A DNA stretch of 63,946 nucleotides, the filler included, from Klebsormidium nitens (lineage: Eukaryota > Plantae > Klebsormidiophyceae), in assembly GCA_000708835.1 (NCBI GenBank). It is 7 parts of 7 records of this genome, joined end to end, with 100 filler letters (N's around TTAATTAATTAA, not from the genome) between each part and the next. Parts side by side here need not be neighbours in the genome. Positions count along the whole stretch, not along the records: positions 1 to 31,946 come from DF237747.1; positions 32,047 to 45,859 come from DF238057.1; 5 more parts are not named here. One strand, given 5' to 3'. The number at the start of each line of letters is the position of its first letter. The stretch's first letter is position 1. A program made the translations under genes and the position numbers. Below the pieces are notes generated by a model. It worked only from the letters and a program-made list of their open reading frames with translations, made no database searches and was not told where the DNA came from. Shown here in pieces: positions 25,232 to 38,135 of the stretch.

Positions 25232-28200
25232 TCAGGTCCGCCACCTAAGAACCCCAGCCTCGCTCACAGCTTTATCCGTTGCACCTTTTCTAGTACCGTT
25301 CGGCCTTATCCGGGGCGGCTTTATCAACAGCCGTGAGTACTCTGTCAGCAATGTCTTGACGTAAAGCTCCCACCGCCCGTTTGCTATAAAGCGGTTAAAG
25401 CTCGAAACTAAGTTCTCACTCATGGCGCGCATCTCGTCGTCGTGGTCAACGGCGTATTGGATCTTTTCCGGCAGGTCCGAGCTATCGGATGCGACCGGAA
25501 TATAATGCTTGTAAGGAACAAGAAACTCGTTGAAGTACTCAACGTAAGGGGTTTCAATTTTGAAGATAACGCAGCCCGTCGAGAGGAGCAAAATAAAGCG
25601 GGAGCTCCACGCGTTGCCGTCGATGTCAATGAGGAACTTGTGCTTGATGTAGTCGGGGTACTTGAACTGGGAGCCGCCTGTACCAGACGACGTCAGAGAG
25701 ACGTCATTAGATCCTCATCAGATTGTTCCATAGATTCACTTTTCATGGCGGACCAACGGCAATGAGCAACTGAAGTCGGGTAATATGTCCAAGTCAATTT
25801 CTGCTTCTCGCGCAGAAAAGTGGTCGAAGATGTTGCTGTGGTTCGCAGGCCGTAAGACTGCAAAGATGGACAACGTCGGAGGACGGCCCTCATGTAGAAA
25901 ACACATTCAAACAATTTAATCGACCTGCCTTTCCATGCTCTAGCTGGGGAGAAGGATTGTGCGGTCCAATGCACTGCCTTTAGTCCAAACTGCCCTTCAG
26001 GCGAAAGCGCTCTGCGGTTCGAGGACAGGTGGAAATCTTTTGTGCGTTGACCGCACGCACGATTAAACCGTCGTTAAGGACCTAAACCGAAGATTGTTAA
26101 CGAGAAAGGTTACCTGTGGGCAGCTCCCGTTCCATCGCGGCCCATGCCTCGTCGTGGCACTGCCCCGGGGCGCACGGCATCATCCGGGCGTCGACCAGGT
26201 CCGGGTAGTGCTTCGTCGTGTTCACCTGGAAATAAGAGGATGAACAATTCTTTTCATTTGTAAGAGGACAGCAGACTGGGCGAAAACATGGCCGGTCAGA
26301 AAGGGGTGTTTGGTTGGGAAATATTGGCCACGACGAGACGGCTACTCAGAGAGGGCGTCAACCAAGTCCGGGTAATGCTTCGTCGTGTTCACCTATGGAC
26401 GAGAGAGGTTGACCCAATTCTATCCACTTGTAAGACGACAACAGACTGGGCGATGATAGGGCAGATCTTAAGGGGTGTTTGGCTGGAAAAATAGTGGCCA
26501 CGACGAGACGGTTACGCAGAGAGGGCTTCGACAAGGTCCGGGTAGTGCTTGGTCGTATTCACCTAGGAGTAAAGGATGGCCCAATTATTTCACTTGTAAG
26601 AAGACGGCGGACTAGAAAAGCAGATTTGTCGAATGGTTGAGGAGCGAGTGCCTTGAGTAGAGCTGATCATGCTTGGTTGCCTTCACTTGGGGACGGGAAG
26701 ATGGCCACCTGAGGAGAGGGCGCGATAATGGCATATTGGGCGGTTATGAAATGCTTCAGTGGGTGCCTTGAGTAGAAATGGTCTTTTCCCCGTGCACTTG
26801 AAAACGTGACCGAACCGAAAGGGGTGTTTTGACTGGGAGAAACTGGGCCACGACGAGACGGCTACTCAGAGAGGGCGTCGGGTAGTGCTTGGTCGCGTTC
26901 ACCTGGGAAACAAGCGGGAGGCCAACTAAGGAGATGTGCGAGAATCCAACCTTTGAGCAAGTGGGCGCTTTGGGAACGTTTCTCGAATTGAATGGCCTGG
27001 ATTGATTGGGACGTATTCGATGAGGGAGCCAGATGAGAGTGGTCCAAGCCAACAAAGGACAAAAGCAAGTTCCTTAGATCGAGGGGCTCGATAAGAGGTC
27101 TCGTGTAGAAGAGAACTTGACTGACAAGATGAATCAGATGGAAACGAAAGCTTCACCGAGGATCTGTCAGTCCATTTGCACCAATCGGTACCACGGTCCC
27201 CGCGGCCCAAACCGCGGGCCTACTCCAACCAGCTGTAAACCAAAGCAACGCCCTACTTGCATCACCTCTTTCAGGGGCGCATTCTCACCAGCTGATAGCG
27301 CTGCTTTTGCTGGTAGTTCTCCCTGGTGTACAGGCCCCCCGTGGGGGATCCCCGCCAGATGGCCGGCGCGCCGATGCGCTCCTCCCACTTCTGAGCCTTG
27401 ACGGCCTCGAGATCCACGTCCTTCAACTGCACCAGTGTTCAGACAAAGAGTCATTGATCACTGAACACGACGGATCTGAGGTTAGGAATGTGCGATCTGA
27501 TCCGCTTAGATTCTTCCCGCAACACGCTGTTGGTAAGGCTTTCGGAACCGTGTTTGGACACTCGACCAAATGCTCAAAATCTCTGCATACAACGGACTTG
27601 AGGTTTGAGAACGTGCGACCACTCAGAACTTTTCAAAAGTACGCTGTTGGTAAAGCTTTCGACGCCGTGTGTGGACCAATCAGATGCGCCTCACAACTCC
27701 GCAAACACGTTATACGAGCGAGCGAAGAAGTAGACAGAAAGGCGGCGCTTGGAAAGGTGTTCCTTGAGCTGCGTGTGTTAGCTTGTCTGCCATGCCCCTT
27801 CTTTTGAATCGACCTTGGAACAGGAGCACGACATCTGAAAGATCGATCGACCGAGAAGGCCTGGCGCCATATTACATCCGGCCGACTCATTCAATCAGTC
27901 AACTGAACCATGCGGTATCCAAGTGTACCGGCCAACACCTCACCAGAACGATATGGAAAGATCTCAGCGCAACGGTATGGAAGATCCGCAGTCCACCAGC
28001 TTTTCAAAGGGCGTTAACAAGCCTGCATCTCCGAAGTAACGGCATGAGCAACTTCTGGCACCCACTGTGTGACGTGACCAAATCAACGAAGCTGATTAGC
28101 AACCTAGGCTTTTCCAAGGAATGCCAACCCTTACCTTTCCGTAATACTCCATGGTTGGGATCGGGATGTCGTAATGGCCCAGCGTCGACGCGTAGGTGAA

Positions 28201-30863
28201 TATCGGCGCCCCGCCGATGTGCTCGAAGCTGGCCGGGAGAAACGCTTGGTCCTCGGTGCAAACAATAATGTCGAGAAAGTCGGGCAGGCCGTGCATCTTT
28301 TCGATGTGGCGGAAGAGGGCCATCCAGTGCTGGATGCGCGGCGGGTAGTATACCTGTCGATGCAAACTTGGAAATTGAAAAGTTGGTTATGTTCTCCAGA
28401 AAGTGATGCACCATACAAGCGGATGAGGGAAGAGGGCCATCCAGTGCTGGATGCGCGGCGGATAGTACACTTGTCAATACAAAAGTTGAGGTTCTCAGAG
28501 CGGAGTTGGCTCCGTTCTCCAAACTCCGATGCACCCGCACAAACGGGAGAGGAAAGAGGGTAGTCCAGCGCTGAAGTGCGGAGCATAGTACACCTTTCAA
28601 CACAAGATTGATTCCGAAGCGGGTTTGACTTCGTTCTCCAGATTCCGGTACACCCGCACAAAGGGAAGAGGAAAGACGGCAATTCAGGGCTGAGTGTGCG
28701 GAGCAGAGTACACCTGTCAACAAAGACTGAGTTTCGAAGCGGAGGTGGCTCCATTTTCCAAAGAAAGGGAAGAGGAAAGAGGGCAGTCCAGTGTTATATG
28801 CGCGGCAGGCAAGGCACAAGTCACCATGGATCCAACGTGAATCTGAGGTACGGAAAGTGCGGACAGTATTCACTGTATTCTGCCGCTACTGTACCAATGA
28901 GTGCGTGATATCGTGATTCGTTTTCTGCAATCTCGGACATGATTAAGCTCAGAACGCTATTTGTAGCTGCTCTCGCCCACTTCTCATGTGGCCCAGGTCT
29001 GCCTGTATACAAAGTAACTCCCTTTGGGCTGTGAACAAGGTTTGGATTTGTATTAATCTTGGAAGAGAGGCGCAGGCTCGTTAGACCGCCAAGATCAATG
29101 AAAGCACTGTGCACATCCTCCAGCACTCAACCCCCTGACACCTGAGACACTTGATCCCATTTCCTCAATCTCACTCCGTAACCGAACCCGTAAACCCGGA
29201 TTGGGTGACTGCATTCCCGTCTTGGTCTTGAGCCATTTACTTGACCACCGTCGGCCCTTGCGCCCTGGTGCTGATTCATTTCTCAATTTAGCGACCCACA
29301 GACTCAGCAAGAGCAGACACAGACCAGCATAATCACTCAAAGTGCAAACCCCAAAGTAGTTTCATGCGCCCTCACCTTGGTCTTGAGCCACTCCTTAACC
29401 ACCGTCGGCTCCTGCAGCACGCCGTGAATCACTTGTATCCGTAGCGACCCGATGCCTTGCCCTTGCTGCAAAAACGCAAACACCTTGGACACTTGGTCCT
29501 GCGTGATCCCCCCGCCGTCGCTCCCGAAGCGCTCCCAGGGTCGCAGCCACCGCTTGGCAACGGTTTGCAAAGCTACGACGTCTGAATCCAGCATGCTCCT
29601 GGAGAGCAAGGAGGGAGGGTTATAATTTCTTAAAAGACGAAACTATTATCTATAAAGACATCAATTGTTATATCTTAGTTATCACTCATAATATCACACA
29701 GTCCGCTGTTCTCATCGAGGTGCCGCGGTTGTAAACATCAGCGTCGACTGAACTCTCAAGTTGCCCTTCAACTGGACTCCCAAGTTGCATTGTCCTGGAA
29801 AGGAAGGAGGGAGGGGTGATGATTGTCCGCTGTTCTCATCAACTTTGCAGCCAGTTCAGAGTTTGGTGTCGATTGGACTTTCAAGTTGCATCGTCCTGGA
29901 AAGGATGGGGAGAGGGTAATTGCCTTCCATAGTTCTCATCAAGGTGCAACCATTCCTGTCGTTGGTTTGTCAATGGCAATGTGCCTGGCTCTCCAGCCTC
30001 CTGTCTCTGGTCATAGAATACAGGGATTCTTCTCCTCCTGCTGAAACGCATTCACATGTCTTTCCTTTCTGAACCATGTGATCGATTCAAGAGCGCATCA
30101 GTCTGCAAGACTGCAGAAAGCTTTCACGCTTCCTCATGGAGGCGACTGAAAACCTGCAGGAGTCTTGTTTCGATCGCATTTTGCAATCCTTTGGTACATC
30201 TAATAATCAATGAGCCAAAAGCCAAAAGAACTGCCCGTATACGTCTTGACATGATCCAGCTCTGTGGAGCTAAAATGCTTCCGATGGAGCTTTCAATATG
30301 TGAAACTTAGCAAGAGGGGGCAAAATGAGGTCAGGATAGATTCCATTGAAGTGACATGCTTCCAAGCATTCCAATATGTTTCTTGGATAGTTGACCATTG
30401 GAGTGGTGTCACCGGCAGTGGTTGGCAAGATGCGGAGCACGCTGTCTAGACCAGACGTCCTGATCTACTTTTTAGTGGCTTCTTAGGATGACCCTCATCC
30501 TCTTACCAACACTCTCACACATCCACAGCTCTTGAAAAGTGAAGTGGTCAAGGACGGAATCCCCACTTGCAGACATGGATCTGACTTGTCAGATGAACCA
30601 CCATGACAAGATTCTCTCTTTATGCACCTTCCTGAGTAGAGATTTATATTACAAGCGACTCACCTTGTGGCTCTCAGATCATCGCTGCACGCGATCGCCA
30701 TATCGTTCCGCAGGGTCTGGAGCGTATAAACCCCTAGAAAGCATAGCCCACCTATCGCCAGCCCAAAGAAAACGCGCTGCATCGTTGCCCGATTGAAAGT
30801 CTGCTTTCTGATAGAACTGGCGGCTGCTCGCAACCCCCCACCCTGCTCCAATCCCCGCCCCAT
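25232..30863 (-). CDS. Glycosyltransferase family 90 (CAP10/POGLUT-like) type II membrane protein, 6 exons
   Basis: Exons ~30863-30664 (signal anchor VFFGLAIGGLCFLGVY), ~29598-29376, 28353-28135, 27426-27289 (KWEER..AIWRGSPTGG), 26225-26114 and 25677-25232 (KHKFLIDIDGNAWSSRF, LVPYKHYIPV, SDLPEKIQY). Confidence 0.85.
26190..26930. repeat. ~170 bp intronic tandem repeat containing copies of the GT90 exon 5 acceptor and first codons
   Basis: Minus-strand yag|GTGAA...CACTACCCG at 26225 (true), 26392, 26562 and 26902. Confidence 0.85.
28310..28810. repeat. ~120 bp intronic tandem repeat containing copies of the GT90 exon 3 acceptor and first codons
   Basis: Minus-strand GT(A/G)TAC... units start at 28353 (true), 28470, 28593 and 28713; divergence increases away from the exon. 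Confidence 0.85.
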
Positions 30864-31946
30864 CGTTCCACTGGCCTGCCGAAGTGGCTACTTGCTCACA
30901 AGGAACTAATCGATGTAACACACGAGCCCAGCATAAGATGGGTCGACAGAGCCGATCGTCCAAAAGTGTAGATGTGCGGTCCTAATCCAGGATCCTTGTA
31001 TTCTAGACAAAGTACGCAAGTCTGCGGTGCGTCTGGGGTGTCTAACTTAGCTAATTTGAAGTCTGGCCGACTCAAGAATCTTTCTTTATTCTGCAGTGTT
31101 CAAAACCCTAATCCAATTACCTTCAAAGAATATGACCGGGGTTCTCTGAGAAGGACAAAAGATCTTGGAGTCTGCGCTTTTTGGCACAACAGCGTCATGG
31201 TTTCCTGGCACTGTATACTTTTGACACCCCTCTATCTCGACACTTGGAGCGTCCTAGACGCTTCTACCCGCGCTGCAGCTCTACATCGATGGTGATCATT
31301 CACAGAGCGGCCGTTGGAAGAAACCACGAATTCTGACCACCCTCGGGTGAAAAGAGAGTATCTAAGCGAAACAAGCTTGCAAGCTGTTTTCATGCTGATG
31401 GCTCAAAAGTACTGATCTCTCCATGATATCTGAGACCGAAAACACGGCCTCTCGATCTGTATTTTCTGAAGACCCCACCAGCAAAGAGGATTCGCATCTG
31501 CCAGCAGCTCCTGATTCCCATTCGCCCTTCCTTTCAACATGAACTTGAAGTGCCGCAAGCACACTCTAGATCCATATAAACCCGGATCGATCGCCCTCAG
31601 GACTTGCTCCAGAAGAGAAGGCTGAATGGACAGGCGGCGGCCTGAGGCTAGACCCATGTCAGACCCATGTGTATCACCCCTTCCGCTTCATCCGGGATTC
31701 GCAAAGTGACAGCTAGGTAACGCCGTATCACAAACGCAGTCCCCGCGTTACGACGTCGAGACAATGATGAGGTCAATCATGCTGCCACCGGAATTCAAAT
31801 TACGGTCCGAAGGCGCATGCTTCCAAGTCATGGAAATTTGAGCTTATAAATCCAAAAACTGAAGCATTACTCCTCTGATCTCGGCGGTCTTTCTTTCTAT
31901 GGCTCATCTTTAGTATAATCTGTGAGGCCAGGTCGAAACCGCCGCT

Positions 31947-32046
31947 NNNNNNNNNNNNNNNNNNNNNNNNNNNNNNNNNNNNNNNNNNNNTTAATTAATT
32001 AANNNNNNNNNNNNNNNNNNNNNNNNNNNNNNNNNNNNNNNNNNNN
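31947..32046. other. Artificial contig spacer (N44-TTAATTAATTAA-N44)
   Basis: Six-frame stop linker flanked by 44 N on each side. Confidence 0.98.
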
Positions 32047-33827
32047 ATCTCACCCGGTATCGACTTTGTTCTGCTCCCAATCCAGGTGCTCCGGCATGTT
32101 GCTCCCCAGAATCAGCAGGTGCTTTGGCGGGACGGCGTCTTTCAGCTCCTCACAGCTCTGGATGGGCACTTCCTTCCTGCTCTCAAATGGACAGAACGGG
32201 CGGGCCACACGCACCTCATAGCTGTCCTCTAAATTAAAAGCACAGAAGGGCAGCTCCATTGTTGCAGCCGCAGTGTTCTCCTCTCCAGAAGAAACGTTGT
32301 GCGAGGCTGGGGTCTGAGGTAGGACCTTGACCTGGGTCTGCAGAAAAGGTTTGTAGGACTCAGAGTCTTGCGGAGCTGATGAACGACGCTTATATGTAAA
32401 GTGTCAGCTCGATTGGCTGAAAACAAAACAGATTCAATGGTAGCATCAGAAGTCAGCCTCCATAAGTTCAATGCAAAAGAGAGTGCGCTGGCTAAGAGCA
32501 AAACTTTGTACTTGTGTCGACCACAAGCTCAAGGAAAGCAAGAGCCTTTTTGTGCAACACCAGAGGTATGAACAAGAATACTCTGTTATATGCCAGGACC
32601 TTTTAGGCAACCTAGGAAGATACCGTGAGAGCATAAGCTACTGCAATGCTCAGATTCTTGAAGTTTGCAAATCTCATGATCACATCTTGAAAATGTTGTT
32701 GGCAAGTGAAGTTGGATGGACTCACACTCCAGGGAGCCACGCCGTATTCGCCCTCAAGCATAGGCCCTACATTGAAGTCCTACTCCTCAATCTTCTCTGT
32801 CTCAAAGACCTGAAACAACTTCTTGGTTTCAGGGTCTACACCTCGATCTTGGACAGTGGCCCTCTCCATCTTAAAGCTAAATTGGCGCTTATCAGGACTC
32901 AAATATCGTTCGTTGAGGACCAGAAACCGCCTGCGGACGCCTTTATCTCCAGGATCACCATCTCTGAAAGTGTTTGCTAGCTGTGCCGCACCTTTCTTCT
33001 CCTTCCTCTCGATGATCTCCTGAACCTGCTGAGCGATTGTGGCTTGCTGCGAAGGGCCTTGCCGAATTGAACGCCCAGTACTTGAAGCATTAGCTAGGCC
33101 GACTAGAGTGGGCGCATCAACAATTAGCCCGCTGGCGCCGCGTACGCCACTTTGCTGGGGTTGAGGGCCAGCCGCATCTGCAGAGTGACATCGAGAAGTA
33201 TGAAACTGATGGTGATAACCTCTCCATGTCTTGTTTCCCAGAACTTCAACAACAAATCTTAATACTATTTGCCTGGCGTACTCAGAACTACCAGAATCAT
33301 AATATTCGATTGTGACTCTATCTATAGTAGTACTTGGAAGTCAGCTTGCATCAACGCTCGCAATCATCCTCTGCAGCTACTCACCTGGACGCAAGGGTGA
33401 ATCAAGTGTGCGCAGGCAGGTACCTCTCACCTTCTTTTGGCTGGAAAATCTTGTTGATGATCCTCCCATCCTGCTTCCCAGCATACAGGTTGGTCAAGTC
33501 TGCTAGGCCTTTCTTGACAATGAAGTACCAAACTATGTTGTGCAGCAGCCAGAGCTTTATGCCGTGGTCCTCCTTGGCAGGAGACTCTAGGTTAGCTATT
33601 TTGAACATTGGACTGTTCAACAGAGTCTCAAAGTAGTGCCTTGCAGAAACATCGGAGCGTTTTTTCAAAGGGGAAGTAGTTTCCACTCCTGTGTCCTCAT
33701 TAGCCTGAGAGAGAGCTGTCCGGACAGCAGGGGTGGAGATCCCGGACTGGCTTGAAAAGCCCCCATGACTAAAGGAAGCTCTTGGCTGCAACGGAACCGC
33801 CGCCGCCACACGGCTTGCTTGAAACAT
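32047..33827 (-). pseudogene. Unidentified spliced gene with transit-peptide-like N-terminus and an in-frame TAG; cut by the contig end
   Basis: Exon from 33827 (MFQASRVAAAVPLQPRAS...KLWLLHNIVWYF). A continuous frame ~33058-32730 (VQEIIERKEKKGAAQLANTFRDGDPG...EKIEE*DFNVGP) has TAG at 32782-32780. A further exon ~32217-32053 ends at a gtgag donor. Confidence 0.45.
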
Positions 33828-35024
33828 GCTTTCTGCTGCCTACGTGCATGTATCTCACTAGAAGCTGATTGTGCACACCTGCTCTGTGCTTGGGAGGGCA
33901 GATGGCGGATCACCTCAGATCTCCCTTCAAAGCGCCATGCTTTCTGCACTACAGCTGCGTCCACACTGATCATGATGCATACGGTAACTTAGGTACGGTA
34001 TCAGGCTCTTCAGATTCAAATCAGCAGCCCGCCAAAACCAGCTTCCAGGCGAGCTTCGATTCGAAAGCATCACAGGGCTATGTAGTACCCCGTGTCAAGA
34101 ACGATGTCGAAAAAGGGTGCGCAATTTGTCACGGATTGCAGAAGTGAATCGGATTGCCACGATGCAAGAAATCTGTTACGGACCGTAAGACTACCGTAAG
34201 GAAATGGTACGCCGGTTTCCTCTGAGATTGTTGCGAGCATGGTCACAAGCCGACTCAAACCGGTCACGGCAAAATTTGGTCGGCGCGACGGCGACGTAAC
34301 GCACCGTGCTCAAATTTGTGACCGGATTTTATCGCTTTCGATACGGCCGAAACCCACCCTAGGTAGCTTGTGTATGCGATGCCTGGGCGGGCCTATAGTA
34401 TGTACCGTATGTGGCTAACAAGCCTGTATACTCAAGTTTCCGGAGCTAGAATTCTGTATAATTAATTGTGCAGCATGCTGCCAGCTATAGGCACTCTAAC
34501 TTTCGATCGATCGCTGATGGCGCCAGCCCGACACCTGCTTGTAGCCTAGCTTGAAGAAGTCCTGAACATTGCATGACAGTGCGGTCCGGTTCGGCCAGGT
34601 CCGGGTGGCGACCATATGCCGGGCTGCAGCTTTAGGCATATACTAATAGGCCCGCTTGCACGAGCGTAAGACGCGCTACACTGTACACTAAGCTATACGC
34701 ACATGTGCATCTCGTGACATCCAGCGAGTTGCTCGCCGATGGAAAAATATTGACCATGTATCTTGTAGCCTAAGCAAAGATCCCATTGCACTAGTTTACC
34801 CATTGCAACTTTCAGGCCAGTGAGGCCGGCATCTTCTCGAAACCAAGAATGAAGACGGGCTCTTCGTCAATCATTCCCGTAGCGAGGACTCGTGCCAACT
34901 GCATCCAAATACAACCTTGAACATGCTTTGTCGAGCAGCTAGACCACTGCTACACACCAGTTCAATTTGGATTCCACCTACCCCACCTGATGCCCTATAT
35001 TCTTTTGAGTGTAAGGTACATACC

Positions 35025-37191
35025 TCAGTCATCGTCGTCAAAGACGCTTCTCCGTTGTATCTGCAAACAAAGTGCTTCTGTGCATGAAGCAATCCACTGA
35101 AGCGCTTTCGAACGTTTGAGCCTACGAACTAGCCCATGACGAGGTCTTTAACTAGCCGTTTCAATGGCCCACGACTCACGTCTGCAATGTTATGACCACA
35201 AAAGCATCCTGGATCTCCAACCGGAAGTGTGTAAGAGTCAAAATAATGGATGACGTAGGAGCGAAGCAGTTGAAACGAAAAAAAATGTGCGTATGAGGCA
35301 ACTGACGGTACAAACAGATATCGAAAGTCAAGTCCTTACTGTGACCTTTGTACGGGTTTGCTGCTGCTCATTGATCTGCTCCAGGAGGGAGATCAATCGG
35401 TCCTCGGTCACCTGCATCAACGGCCAATCTTTGTCAAAGGTTGGATGATTCCTCGCCTTCCAAACGTGAGGAGGCCTGGCGTATCGGCCTGAGCGTCCGC
35501 TGATACACTGGCCCGTCGAGAACACGCCTTTGGAAACGCACTGGAGGTCGGGACCAGTTCGTCGCTGGTCCACCCTGTCCTGGAACCTCTGCCAAATCCA
35601 GACTGCGCATCTGTGAAAGCATCTCGAACGTTGCGACGACCGCTGCGTTCCTGTTAACCCCTTTCGAGCTGGGTCAAACAAAAACACCCTTTAAACAGGC
35701 AAGCGAGTCAGTGGCCTTATCTTGTTACATTCCTGACTGTAGAACTTTTGTTCCTTCCAGCAGCACCCAGTGTTCCTGATTTTGTTTTCGAAAGTACTTC
35801 GGCTACTAGCGCCGGCTTTTGATGCAAGTGGTGCATCGCCTGCCAGTCACCTCGCGTCTACTACAAAGAGTGGCCTGCAACTTCAAGATATCAACACCAC
35901 AGAGGAAAACCCAGAGTGACACGCAGCACCACAAGCGATGGCAGGGGGTAGCTGCGGAGCGCGACTTTCCGCAGCGGCATACCTTTTCAGTGATCTGTCC
36001 CATTTGCGCCATCCGGATGACGAGGTCCTCCACGCCGCGCGCTTTGTCTGGCTTCACCAGGGCGATGCGGGCAACTGGAGGGGGGAAGGTGAGGAAGAGT
36101 CGGGGGGGGGAAGAACCAACAGAGCTCGCCTTTGTAGGACCATGGCCGGCTCTTACAACCGATCGCTGAAGCGACCCCAGTGAGTTGAATTGATAGACAG
36201 CACACGCCATGAGGACTCCTCCATCCATGGCTTGATAAAGATAAGAACGGCTGAACGAGAACTTTCTAAAGAAGAGCAGTTCAGTCTACTCGGCTGGAAA
36301 AAAGTGAAATTGCAATGTAAGAGGTACTGCAAACGATACTCAATGTAGCCAGCCTGGTACTACCATCTCAAGTGTCAAGAAGTCCCACTTGCAATAACTT
36401 TATGCACTGGGAACTAACACATCCAGCAAACAAGTACACGAGAGACCCAAACCCGTGGAAGAGTTGGAACGAGACTCTTTTCCAGATTCTCCACATTGTC
36501 AACTCTCAGGAAAAGTACGGCCCGAAGTTCGACCAGCAAAGCAGAGACCAAAGACAACCTGCCACAAGGACAGATATATCAAGTGTCAAGTGTGGGGTCC
36601 ACTTACGGCGCGCTCTCGCTTCAGGGGACATGATCTGGGCCAGCATAGCCTGCCGCCGCTCCTCCTGCTCCCTGCACGCAACGCAGGATGCTCTCAAGAT
36701 TAGCAAAGCTGTCGCAGCGTGCAAGACCGCACTTGGCTTACGCTTTGCAGACATGACCTAGACAAAGACAGTGGGGCGGGCTCGTGACAAGGTTGGTCGC
36801 TGTCTGCCCCCCTCGGTGGTGAAGTAGGGCGACACCTGATCGCGCGTCCAAAAACACGCCAAAAGGTCTAGAACCCACCAGATCAACGATAAGGAAATCA
36901 TGTGCTCGGAAAGGCTGCGCTTTGTTTCCCTCTTTGCTGCGCAAGGCACCCCCGGAACAATCACCGGGCAACAGGCGTCCGCGAAGGAAGAGCTATCTTG
37001 ACTACCCCCAAAGCTTGAAACACAAGGAGACGCCATGCTCTCCCAGCCTGTTCCGCCCCTCACCTCTGCTGTTCCTCTGCTGCGCGCTGCTTCTCTGCAG
37101 TGGCCCCCCCGCCGCCGCCGCCGCGCTGCGCCATCATCTCTGCCATGCGCCGCTTCCGCAGGGCTTCTAGTTCCGGGTCATCATCCTGCAT
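35025..37191 (-). CDS. PDCD5: Programmed cell death protein 5 (dsDNA-binding domain), 5 exons
   Basis: Exons 37191-37064, 36671-36607, 36074-35983, 35411-35340 and 35060-35025. MQDDDPELEALRKRRMA...AMLAQIMSPEARARLARIALVKPDKARGVED...KVTEDRLISLLEQI...IQRRSVFDDDD*. Confidence 0.93.
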
Positions 37192-37290
37192 AGCAGGCGC
37201 ACCAAGAATTGAGTGCACACGAATGGGCGCCGGGCATCAGCAGAACACTGTGGCATCAACATTTGAAGGCAACAAATGTTGCCCAAGACC

Positions 37291-38135
37291 TCAACATCCT
37301 TGATCCACTCCAAAATGTCCTGCAGTGTGAGTGATATGGCGCTGGGACCTCTTTTGCCAGTAATTACTCCCATCGCATTCCCATACGAAAGGAGCGGGCG
37401 GAGGAGTTGATGCTTCTGCGCCACCCCACTCCCAGTTGCACGGAAGTGGTCCGAACAAGAAAACAGGCTTGACAGAAAGAGGTTGATGTATGCAAGCAAA
37501 AGGCCAACAACAAAAGATGATGTCTTCTTCAAACCTTTGTCTCATCTGTGGCCAGGGGTCCTTACAGAATTCAAATTCCTTCAAAGGAGAATTGGCCATG
37601 TCCCCTTCATACAGGCAGCTTGATAACATCTTTATTAGCGATTGATTGAGTCCATGGATGCCAGCGCCTGGGCATGTCTCCAGATGCAATGGGTGAAGCA
37701 ACTGAGACTGGCATCGGCGTCAGCTGGACAAGAAGGGGAAGCTGCTACCAGACGCTTGCGCGCTCAAGCAAACCCGAAGCTTGCTACGGAGTGTTACAAC
37801 CGACAGTGCACTTACCATGATGCTCAAGTTTTGTTGGAGCTTTCCTTGCTGCTTCTGAGCTTCCTTGTTTGTCCCTCAAGCTTGCCCTGCCCTTATCCCG
37901 GCAGCTGTTGGAATCCAATCCCTGTCCCGCCCCCTTGCACGGTCACAATGTGTAACTTCTTGGGCTCGGGCCTCCCCTGGCGCTTGCGCAGCAGCCTTAG
38001 GATGTTCTGCGTGACCTTGATGGTGCGCTGCGTCAGAAACGTGGACCACAGCAGGGCTGCGAGAACAAAGACGATGATTGTGACCCGAAACACCAGGTGC
38101 CGTCGAGTCATCTCCAACCACGGACAGCGCTGCAC
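37291..38135 (-). pseudogene. Possible type II membrane protein gene fragment, frame-disrupted
   Basis: ORF 38135-37893 has a hydrophobic anchor (VTIIVFVLAALLWSTFL). A shifted frame continues to a gtaagt donor near 37815. No family recognised. Confidence 0.25.

Noticed and set aside
27520-27680. Two ~118 bp-spaced copies of ACGCTGTTGGTAA(G/A)GCTTTCG in a GT90 intron
   Set aside because: A simple local duplication that includes no splice site, so it was not counted with the acceptor arrays.
32471-32980. 169-aa plus-strand ORF
   Set aside because: The opposite strand gives the more protein-like, splice-compatible reading.
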